Shown one piece after another: positions 7,818 to 15,511 of a DNA stretch of 64,000 nucleotides. Source of the DNA: Longimicrobiales bacterium (lineage in GTDB: Bacteria > Gemmatimonadota > Gemmatimonadetes > Longimicrobiales > RSA9); NCBI GenBank assembly GCA_035513345.1, contig DATKCF010000042.1, positions 20,257-84,256 on the forward strand, given 5' to 3'. How positions within the stretch are numbered: position 1 is the stretch's first letter; each line of letters begins with the position of its first letter. The position numbers and the translations under genes are program-made. The notes beneath the pieces are model-generated. The model ran no database searches and was not told where the DNA came from. It saw only the letters and a program-made list of their open reading frames with translations.

Positions 7818-10733
7818 ATGCGCCATGCGTGTCGCGGTATTCCCCACCGCCTCCTCATCCTGCTGTCGTGCCTGCTGGTGCCGGCGTCGGCGTTTGCACA
7901 AGCGGAGCCGCAGGATCCACCTCCAGTCAACCGGGCAACCGACCCGCTGCTGCGCGGCTTTCAGTGGAGGGCAATCGGGCCGATCGGGCAAGGCGGCCGG
8001 ATCGACGATATCGAGGTTGTCGAAGGCAATACATCGACGTACTACATCGGATTCGCGACCGGCGGCCTGTGGAAGACGACGAACAACGGGACCACGTTCG
8101 AGTCGATCTTCGATTCGTACGGCACGCATTCGATCGGCGACCTTGCGATCGCGCCGTCGAATCCGGACATCGTTTACGTCGGCACGGGCGAGCCGAACAA
8201 CCGGCAGAGCTCGTCGTTCGGCGACGGCATGTACAGGACGACCGATGGCGGACGGACCTTCACCCATATCGGGCTGCGCGAGACACAGTCGATCGGGCGC
8301 GTGATCGTGCACCCGACCGATCCCGATATCGTCTGGGTCGCCGCCGTCGGCCAGCTGTACGGGCCGAACGCGGAGCGTGGCGTGTTCAAGACGACGGATG
8401 GCGGACGTACATGGCGAGCCGTCCTCCAGGTGGATGCGAGTACAGGTGCGACGGACATCGTGATCGATCCGGTGAACCCGAACTACCTGCTTGCGGCGAT
8501 GTACAAGCGACAGCGTACGGCATGGGGCTTCGCCAGCGGCGGCGGCGGCACCGGCATCTGGCGCAGTGAGGACGGGGGCGAGAACTGGACCCGCCTGGCC
8601 GGCAACGGTCTCCCGGCCGGATCGCTGGGCCGCATCGCGCTGTCGTTCGGCCGGTCGAACCCCAACGTGGTCTATGCGCAGATGGAAGTCGCGCCCGATC
8701 GGGAGCCCGTGGATCCCGCGGCGGCCGGCGGCGGCGGACGCGGTGGCGGTGGTGGTGGTGGCCGCGGCCAGGCACAGCCGCCGGATCCGAACTATCACGG
8801 CGTGTGGCGCTCGGCCGACAAGGGGCGTACCTGGGAGTTCCGCAGCAACCAGAACGTCCGGCCGATGTACTTCAGTCAGATCCGCGTCGATCCGAACGAC
8901 GAGAACACGGTCTACGTGGGCGGTGTTCAGGGCTACAAGTCGACGGATGGCGCGCGCACGTGGCAGACACTGAACAATCACGGGCACGTCGATCACCACG
9001 CGATCTGGATCAACCCCGCCAACAGCCAGCATGTGATGTACGGCAACGATGGTGGTCTCGACGTGTCGCACGACGGCGGCCAGAACTGGGAGTCGCTTCG
9101 ACTGTGGCCGGTCGGCCAGCCGTATCACGCGTCGGTCGACATGCGCCGGCCGTACTACGTCTGCACCGGCCTGCAGGACAATGGTACGTGGTGTGGCCCG
9201 AGTTCCGTACGGACCGGTCCGATCCTGAAGGAGGACTGGTACGGTGTGGGTGGAGGCGACGGCTTCTACACGGCCGTCGATCCGCGCGACTGGACTGTCG
9301 TATATTCCGAGTCGCAGAACGGCAACACGAACCGGTACAACCTGCGCACGGGTGAGAACCAGAGCATCAGGCCTCGCGCGCCGGGCGGTGGCGGTCGCGG
9401 CGGCAACGTGCCGTCGAACATCGTGCCGACGCCGCCGGAGGGCACGCAGCTGCGGCACAACTGGAACACGCCGTTCATGCTTTCGCCACACAATCCGGAC
9501 GTGGTCCACGTCGGTTCGAACCGGTTGCACACGTCGTACAACCGCGGCGATACGTGGACCATGAGCGAGGACCTCACGAAGAGCAACGACCGCGAGGCGT
9601 TTTCGATCATGGGCATGAGGGGAGACGTGCCGGGGTGCGGTCGTGGCCGCGTCGGCACCTGCATTCTCTCGAAGAACGATGGCGTGAACGTCTGGGGCAC
9701 GATCGTGTCGATCACCGAATCGCCGATCGTGCAGGGCCTGCTCTGGGTCGGCACCGATGACGGCAACGTGCAGGTCAGCCGCGACGGCGGTCAGACATGG
9801 ACGGAGGTCGGCCGCAACGTGCCGGGCGGAACGAAGGAGTACTACGTCTCGCGGGTCGAAGCGTCGCACGCCGATCCGGCGACAGCGTACATCTCCGTCG
9901 ACGGCCATCGTCACAACGATCTGCGACCATACGTTTACGTCACGAAGGACTACGGCCAGACGTGGACGTCGATCGCTTCCGACCTGCCCGCCATGGGCAA
10001 CGTGAACACGGTCAGGCAGGACCCGCGGAACCCGAATCTGCTGTATGCCGGCACGGAGTTCGGCTTCTTCGTCTCGGTCGACGAGGGTGCGTCGTGGAAG
10101 CGGTTCATGACGAATCTGCCCGTGGTCCGGGTTGATGACGTGCTCGTGCACCCGCGCGACAACGATCTCGTGCTGGCGACACACGGCCGGAGTATCCAGG
10201 TGATGGACGACATCACGGCGCTGCAACAGCTGACGCCGGAGATCATGACGGAGCCGTGGCACCTGATGCAGCCGCGCGTTGCCGTGTTGTGGAAGAACGA
10301 CCGGCGTATGGCCCGCGCCGTCACAGGGCAGAAGGTGTTCGAAGGAGCATCCGCGCCCACCGGCACGTTCATTTCGTACTACCTGGGCAGCGTTCCACCG
10401 GGTGACGTTCAGCTCACGGTCACCGACATGTCGACCGGTGAGCTGTTCCGCTCGATCGATACGACGAGGCAGCAGGGACTCAACCGGATCCAGTGGGATC
10501 TGTGCAGCGATCGCCGTCCGGTCGATCCGGCCGGCGGTGGTGGCCGGGGCGGGTTCGGCGGATTCGGTGGCGGCTGCGGCGGCGGTGGCGGTGGCCGGGG
10601 CGGCCAGGGTGACCCTCCGACGATAGCGACACGCGCGACACCGGGCGTCTACCGTGTGACGCTGACGATCGGTGGCCGCTCGCAATCGGTCAATCTGAAC
10701 GTGCTCGACGACATCTGGATGCACGAACGGTAG
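7818..10733 (+). CDS. BNR/sortilin (VPS10)-like repeat protein, secreted
   Basis: ATG at 7818 follows AAGGAG (7805-7810). Signal peptide MRHACRGIPHRLLILLSCLLVPASAFAQA. Repeated S/T-x-D-x-G-x-T-W (BNR/Asp-box) motifs: TTDGGRTF, TTDGGRTW, SEDGGENW, SADKGRTW, STDGARTW, SHDGGQNW, SRDGGQTW, TKDYGQTW, VDEGASW. Confidence 0.85.
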   Translation: MRHACRGIPHRLLILLSCLLVPASAFAQAEPQDPPPVNRATDPLLRGFQWRAIGPIGQGGRIDDIEVVEGNTSTYYIGFATGGLWKTTNNGTTFESIFDSYGTHSIGDLAIAPSNPDIVYVGTGEPNNRQSSSFGDGMYRTTDGGRTFTHIGLRETQSIGRVIVHPTDPDIVWVAAVGQLYGPNAERGVFKTTDGGRTWRAVLQVDASTGATDIVIDPVNPNYLLAAMYKRQRTAWGFASGGGGTGIWRSEDGGENWTRLAGNGLPAGSLGRIALSFGRSNPNVVYAQMEVAPDREPVDPAAAGGGGRGGGGGGGRGQAQPPDPNYHGVWRSADKGRTWEFRSNQNVRPMYFSQIRVDPNDENTVYVGGVQGYKSTDGARTWQTLNNHGHVDHHAIWINPANSQHVMYGNDGGLDVSHDGGQNWESLRLWPVGQPYHASVDMRRPYYVCTGLQDNGTWCGPSSVRTGPILKEDWYGVGGGDGFYTAVDPRDWTVVYSESQNGNTNRYNLRTGENQSIRPRAPGGGGRGGNVPSNIVPTPPEGTQLRHNWNTPFMLSPHNPDVVHVGSNRLHTSYNRGDTWTMSEDLTKSNDREAFSIMGMRGDVPGCGRGRVGTCILSKNDGVNVWGTIVSITESPIVQGLLWVGTDDGNVQVSRDGGQTWTEVGRNVPGGTKEYYVSRVEASHADPATAYISVDGHRHNDLRPYVYVTKDYGQTWTSIASDLPAMGNVNTVRQDPRNPNLLYAGTEFGFFVSVDEGASWKRFMTNLPVVRVDDVLVHPRDNDLVLATHGRSIQVMDDITALQQLTPEIMTEPWHLMQPRVAVLWKNDRRMARAVTGQKVFEGASAPTGTFISYYLGSVPPGDVQLTVTDMSTGELFRSIDTTRQQGLNRIQWDLCSDRRPVDPAGGGGRGGFGGFGGGCGGGGGGRGGQGDPPTIATRATPGVYRVTLTIGGRSQSVNLNVLDDIWMHER

Positions 10734-10753
10734 ACGTCAGGATCCACGAGGCA

Positions 10754-10789
10754 GCCGGCCGGCGGAGCCCGCGCGATCCGCCGGCCGGC
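10754..10789 (+). terminator. GC-rich hairpin downstream of the BNR-protein gene (candidate terminator)
   Basis: Perfect 13-bp stem GCCGGCCGGCGGA / TCCGCCGGCCGGC with a 10-nt loop, 21 nt after the stop codon. There is no U-tract, so intrinsic-terminator function is uncertain. Confidence 0.4.
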
Positions 10790-10820
10790 ACCCCTGAATG
10801 ACAAAGCGGGACGAGCATGA

Positions 10821-11390
10821 ATGAGCAGTAAGCCGATACAGCCCTTGCCGCCGGGACGAATCCACATACGGGGCGCGCCTGGCATCGCGCCGCTCGCGCC
10901 GCATCACTGGAAAGCCGTACGGTCGATCCTGCTCGAAGGCATGGCTACGGGTAACACGACCTTCGACCGCAAGGCTCCGGAGTGGCAGGAATGGGACAGT
11001 GGCCACCTGGCCCGGTGCCGGGTCGTCGCACTTCACAACGGCCATGTCATCGGCTGGGCAGCCATCTCGCCCGTATCGCCGCGTCCGGCATACGCCGGTG
11101 TCGGCGAAGTCGAGGTCGTTGTGGCGTCCGCGGCCAGAGCGCAGGGCGTGGGCCGCGCCCTCATGAGCCACATCGTCGATGCATCCGAAGCCGCGGGCCT
11201 GTGGATGCTGCAGTCGTCGCTGTTCCCCGAAAACGAAGCCGGCATCAAGCTGGCCACCGGCGCCGGGTTCCGCGAAGTCGGGCGCCGCGAACGAATCGGT
11301 AAGCATTTCAGCCGCTGGCGCGATGTAATCCTGCTCGAACGCCGCAGCCGCCGCGTCGGTACTCCGCCGCCACAGGGCGGCCGGCCCTGA
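10821..11390 (+). CDS. GNAT N-acetyltransferase, phosphinothricin-acetyltransferase-like
   Basis: 189-aa ORF. GNAT acetyl-CoA loop ARAQGVGRALM, with the PAT-like context LFPENEAGIKL...GFREVGRRERIGKHFSRWRDVILLERR. Confidence 0.78.
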   Translation: MSSKPIQPLPPGRIHIRGAPGIAPLAPHHWKAVRSILLEGMATGNTTFDRKAPEWQEWDSGHLARCRVVALHNGHVIGWAAISPVSPRPAYAGVGEVEVVVASAARAQGVGRALMSHIVDASEAAGLWMLQSSLFPENEAGIKLATGAGFREVGRRERIGKHFSRWRDVILLERRSRRVGTPPPQGGRP

Positions 11391-11548
11391 AGGCGAGCGA
11401 CCCGCCATCGAGCGGTTGGACATCCCCGTCCAAGCGGGGACGGCGTCGACCGCGGTTCGTGGCGGCGTAACACCGATCGGCTCCGGGCCCTTGCGCTGCG
11501 ACGCCCTGTCCTCGACTCTCCCTGAATCCAACCCTTGAACCAAACGAG

Positions 11549-12094
11549 ATGACGGAGCCTGTCATGAAGTCGCCGGTCGGACCCGACCTCGCTGTGGGGG
11601 TCGAAGCGATGCGGGTCGAAGACTGGCCGGCCGTGGCCGCGATCTATGCGGAAGGCCTGGCGACCGGCAAGGCCACGTTCGAGACCGAGGTGCCGGAGCG
11701 CGAACACTGGGATGCGACGCGGTTGCAGGCGGGCCGCCTCGTCGCGCGTGACGCGGTCGGCACGATTGTCGGGTGGGCGGCGCTCGGTCGCGTTTCACGC
11801 AGGCAGTTCATGTCGGGCGTGGCCGAAGTCAGCATCTACGTGGCAGGCGCAGCACAGGGCCGCGGCGTTGGCAGGCAACTGCTCAGCCGGCTCATTGATG
11901 AGTCCGAGGATGCCGGCATCTGGACCCTGCAGGCGGCCGTCTTTCCCGAGAACGAAGCAACGATCCGGCTTCACGCGCGCGCCGGGTTCCGAGTCGTCGG
12001 CCGGCGCGAGAAGATCGCGATGCTGGACGGCCACTGGCGCGACACCCTGCTTCTCGAACGGCGCAGCGATCGCGCCGGCCTGCCCGGAGACTGA
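11549..12094 (+). CDS. GNAT N-acetyltransferase, phosphinothricin-acetyltransferase-like (tandem paralog)
   Basis: 181-aa ORF colinear with the preceding gene (ATFETEVPEREHW, AQGRGVGRQLL, VFPENEATIRLHARAGFRVVGRREKIAMLDGHWRDTLLLERR). Confidence 0.82.
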   Translation: MTEPVMKSPVGPDLAVGVEAMRVEDWPAVAAIYAEGLATGKATFETEVPEREHWDATRLQAGRLVARDAVGTIVGWAALGRVSRRQFMSGVAEVSIYVAGAAQGRGVGRQLLSRLIDESEDAGIWTLQAAVFPENEATIRLHARAGFRVVGRREKIAMLDGHWRDTLLLERRSDRAGLPGD

Positions 12095-12099
12095 ACACC

Positions 12100-12630
12100 A
12101 TGGCATACACGGGCCGCCCGGCGGCTGGCGAGTTCAGCGCGTTCTACACCGGCTACGTTGCTCGCGTGCCGGCGGGCGACATCGTCGCGATCCTGCGCGA
12201 CCAGCTGGCCGACACTCTGTCGCTGTTCGAACCACTCGCGGAAGCGGACGCCGAACGGCCGTACGCCGAAGGGAAGTGGACGCTGAAACAGATGCTCGGA
12301 CACCTGGCCGACACGGAGCGCGTCATGGCATACCGTGCGCTCCGCATCGCCCGCGGCGACACTACGCCGTTGCCCGGTTTCGACGAGAACGACTACGCCC
12401 GCGCGGCCGGCTCGGATGCGCGATCCGTCGACGATCTGCGCAATGAACTGGTGACGACGAGGGCCGCGACCGTCGCACTTCTCGCTGGACTGCCCGCCAC
12501 TGCGTGGGAGCGGACCGGCACGGCAAGCGAGGCGACTGTCTCCGTCCGCGCGATGGCGTGCATCATCGCAGGCCACGAGCTGCACCACCGCGCGATCATC
12601 CGGACGCGCTACCTCGACATGGAAGCCTGA
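12100..12630 (+). CDS. DinB-family (DinB_2-like) four-helix-bundle protein
   Basis: 176-aa ORF starting 6 nt after the previous stop. The His-containing segments (LKQMLGHLADTERVMAYR ... AGHELHHRAI) are typical of DinB-like metal-binding proteins. Confidence 0.75.
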   Translation: MAYTGRPAAGEFSAFYTGYVARVPAGDIVAILRDQLADTLSLFEPLAEADAERPYAEGKWTLKQMLGHLADTERVMAYRALRIARGDTTPLPGFDENDYARAAGSDARSVDDLRNELVTTRAATVALLAGLPATAWERTGTASEATVSVRAMACIIAGHELHHRAIIRTRYLDMEA

Positions 12631-12767
12631 CGCGACTCCTCTACACGGGTTTCGGGCGCTCCCCGCTTGCGTCCTGCGCCACGCTTGCCAGATTGACACA
12701 TCGCCTGCGGCGTGCCAGGGCCCTGCCCGCGCAAACGCGATACCGACCTCCATACAGGAGCAGACTG

Positions 12768-13910
12768 ATGCCGATGCCACGCGCACGGACGCCTGCCCGC
12801 ACGCTTTCGCTCGTGCTCGCGACCGTCCTCCTTCTGCCGGTCGCCGCGCACGCGCAACGCAATCCGGTTGTCATGGACACCGCGCGTGCTCGCGACCTGT
12901 ACGTCAGTGCCCGGCCGGAGGACCATCCGGCTCGCGATTTCGCGCGCGACATGGAGTCGAAGGCGAGGACCGACAGTATCTACCAGGCCGTGAGCGAGGG
13001 TGTCGTCGATTTCCGCAAGGTCACGTACCGCAGCCGTATCGGCGACATGGAGATCCCGGCCTACGTGTTCCAGCCGATCGAGAAGCGCGGGCCGCGCGGT
13101 CATGCGGCGATGGTCTGGGTCCACGGCGGCGTGCACAGCAACATGACGGCAACGTACTGGCCGTTCATCCGCGAAGCGGTCGAGCGCGGCTACGTCATCA
13201 TCACGCCGGAGTATCGTGGCAGCACCGGTTTCGGCGAGGAGCACCACCGCGCGATCGACTATGGCGGGTACGAGGTCGATGACAACATCAGCGCGTACGA
13301 CTGGCTCGTGCAGAACCTGCCGCATGTGGACCCCGACCGGGTCGGCATGATGGGCTGGAGCCACGGCGGTCTCATCACGATCCTGTCGGTCGTGCGCGAG
13401 GACCATCCGTTCGTTGCGGGCGCCGCGATCGTACCGGTGACGAATCTGCTGTTCCGCCTGTCGTACAAGGGGCCGGGCTACCAGCGCAGCTTCTCGACGC
13501 AGCGTCGCATCCAGGGCCTGCCGTTCGAGAAGCGCGAAGAGTACATCGCGCGCTCGCCGTACTACCAGGTGGACGATCTCGAAACGCCGCTGCTCGTTCA
13601 CGTCGCGACGAACGACCAGGACGTCAACTTCGAGGAAGCGTCGATGCTCGTGTACAAGCTGCGCGCGATGAAGCCGGACATCACGGAGACCAAGATCTAC
13701 GAGGATCCGACGCCGTGGGGCGGGAGTGTCGGCCACGCGTTCAGCCGGCGAGTCGATCCGGAAACGCTCGAACGTGTCGAATCGCCGGAAATGCGCGATT
13801 CGTGGAACCGGACGTGGACGTTCTTCGACTGGTTCCTGCGGCCGTGGGAGGACGGGTCGTTGCCCGCCCGGCCGGATGGGGCCGGATCCCCCGAACCGCA
13901 GCAGCGGTAG
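12768..13910 (+). CDS. S9-family serine peptidase / alpha-beta hydrolase, secreted
   Basis: ATG at 12768 follows AGGAG. Signal peptide MPMPRARTPARTLSLVLATVLLLPVAAHAQ. Nucleophile elbow GWSHGG. The rest is prolyl-oligopeptidase-like (PEYRGSTGFGEEH). Confidence 0.85.
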   Translation: MPMPRARTPARTLSLVLATVLLLPVAAHAQRNPVVMDTARARDLYVSARPEDHPARDFARDMESKARTDSIYQAVSEGVVDFRKVTYRSRIGDMEIPAYVFQPIEKRGPRGHAAMVWVHGGVHSNMTATYWPFIREAVERGYVIITPEYRGSTGFGEEHHRAIDYGGYEVDDNISAYDWLVQNLPHVDPDRVGMMGWSHGGLITILSVVREDHPFVAGAAIVPVTNLLFRLSYKGPGYQRSFSTQRRIQGLPFEKREEYIARSPYYQVDDLETPLLVHVATNDQDVNFEEASMLVYKLRAMKPDITETKIYEDPTPWGGSVGHAFSRRVDPETLERVESPEMRDSWNRTWTFFDWFLRPWEDGSLPARPDGAGSPEPQQR

Positions 13911-13922
13911 AAGGGTGTGGAA

Positions 13923-13941
13923 GGCCCGGTTGTGCCGGGCC
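13923..13941 (+). terminator. Short hairpin after the S9 peptidase gene
   Basis: GGCCCGG-ttgtg-CCGGGCC (7-bp stem, 5-nt loop), 13 nt after the stop. No clear U-tract. Confidence 0.35.
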
Positions 13942-13963
13942 GTTGCAACCGGAAACTCGAAAA

Positions 13964-14407
13964 ATGACGAGCCGACTCAGGATTTCGGGATTCGTTCTGG
14001 CCGCCGGCCTGTTCGTGGCGGCATGCGGTTCGCCTTCGGCTGATCCAGCGGACCCCGGTGTCGGCGCGATCATCGTCGATGCGCGGGCCGGCCAGACGTT
14101 CGAGCTGGGGCCGGGCGAGATCGCTCGCATCGAGGGGCTCGGGATCCTGGTAGGGTTCCGCGGCGTGGCGTCGGACAGCCGCTGTCCCACGGACGTGACG
14201 TGCGTCTGGGCGGGAGATGCGGCCGTGCGCATCCGCGCGACGGTCGGGCGCGCGGAGTGGACGCCGTTCGATCTTCACACGAATCTGGATCCACGCAGCG
14301 CCAGCATCGGCGGTCACACGATAACGGTCGTCGGCCTTACGCCCGAACCCGTGTCGGGCAGCACGATCGCAGGCGAGCGTTACCGGGTCACGCTGCGGGT
14401 CGAGTAG
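13964..14407 (+). CDS. Small lipoprotein, function unknown
   Basis: ATG at 13964. Signal with lipobox MTSRLRISGFVLAAGLFVAAC. 147 aa, beta-rich, with the motif SRCPTDVTCVWAGDAAV. Confidence 0.6.
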   Translation: MTSRLRISGFVLAAGLFVAACGSPSADPADPGVGAIIVDARAGQTFELGPGEIARIEGLGILVGFRGVASDSRCPTDVTCVWAGDAAVRIRATVGRAEWTPFDLHTNLDPRSASIGGHTITVVGLTPEPVSGSTIAGERYRVTLRVE

Positions 14408-14439
14408 CGACGGTCGCACAGGCGCGGGGCGACCGGAGC

Positions 14440-15372
14440 GTGCGCTACGTCGGCACCTTTCTCGCCGTCCTCAGCGGCCTCCCGATCATCCGGTGGTCGT
14501 ATGCGACGACGTGGCGACCCAGGCTGTCGCTCGCCGAATGGATCCTCTTCATCGGCCTTCTCGTCGTAACCGTGCTCGCTGTCATAGCGATCCACGAGTT
14601 CGGGCATCTGCTGGCCGGCCGGTTCGCAGGGTTCCGGTTCCGCCTTCTCGCCATCGGGCCGCTTCGCGTCGTTCGCGTCAATGACAGGATCCGCGTCGGG
14701 CTGAATCGCGACCTGCTTCAGTATCCCGGGGTTGCCGGCTCATCGCCGGATGATCCGACCGACATGCGGCGGCGCATGGCCATCGTTCTTGCGGCCGGCC
14801 CACTCGCGAGCCTCGCAGCGGGTGGCATTGGGCTGGCGCTGATGCTGGTGGATGGTCCGGACGCTCTGGCGCGGGACCGCTTCGCGGAGTTCGCCGTGTC
14901 GCGCGCACTCGCCCTTTTCGCCGCCGGTTCGGTCGCAACGGGCGTGATCACGTTGCTGCCGGGCGGGACCCGCCTTCGGCCGACCGACGGCAGCCGGATT
15001 CTCGAGCTGCTCGGCAACGGCCCCGAAGCCGAACGTGCGGCCGCCATCCTCAGCCTGAACTCGCTGGCCCTTGCCGGCCGCAGCCCTGTCGAATGGCCGG
15101 ACGCGCTGGTCGAACGCGTCCTGTCACCGGCGGATGGCACACCGACCGAATTGCGCGCGCTGCTTCTGGCTGAGGCGGCCGTGGCGGCGAAAGGAGACCT
15201 GGCCAGGGCCGAATGGATCCTCGAACGTGCAGTCGGCATCGAAGACGCGCCGCACGCGCTGAAGGCCGAAGCGCGCGAGCGCTTCGCCCGCTTCGGAGCC
15301 GAACATCGTGGCGACCAGACTCTGGCCACACAGCACGCGCGGCGCGCGGAGCGACCGACCAGCGGCGAGTGA
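14440..15372 (+). CDS. Membrane HExxH metalloprotease (M50/site-2-protease-like)
   Basis: HEFGHLLAGRFAGF zinc motif inside a TM helix, with several further TM segments. GTG at 14440 (after GGAG) is chosen because the ATG at 14200 would overlap the preceding lipoprotein gene. The start is uncertain. Confidence 0.6.
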   Translation: MRYVGTFLAVLSGLPIIRWSYATTWRPRLSLAEWILFIGLLVVTVLAVIAIHEFGHLLAGRFAGFRFRLLAIGPLRVVRVNDRIRVGLNRDLLQYPGVAGSSPDDPTDMRRRMAIVLAAGPLASLAAGGIGLALMLVDGPDALARDRFAEFAVSRALALFAAGSVATGVITLLPGGTRLRPTDGSRILELLGNGPEAERAAAILSLNSLALAGRSPVEWPDALVERVLSPADGTPTELRALLLAEAAVAAKGDLARAEWILERAVGIEDAPHALKAEARERFARFGAEHRGDQTLATQHARRAERPTSGE

Positions 15373-15511
15373 GGATCCGGGCAGTGCGGCACTCACGATC
15401 CGGTGTCGCGCGCCGTGCGGACCCATGCCGGCGGGTTTCCACCCCGCTCCCGGCACTGTATCCTTCACGCCCTTTGATCAACCGCCCGGTCTGACGGAGC
15501 AGCACTCGCCC

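Noticed and set aside
7725-10724. 999-aa minus-strand ORF spanning the whole BNR/sortilin-like gene
   Set aside because: It is exactly antisense to a gene with clear repeated Asp-box motifs. Its translation is Arg/Val/His/Asp-rich with no recognisable motif. Long stop-free antisense frames are expected in very GC-rich coding DNA.
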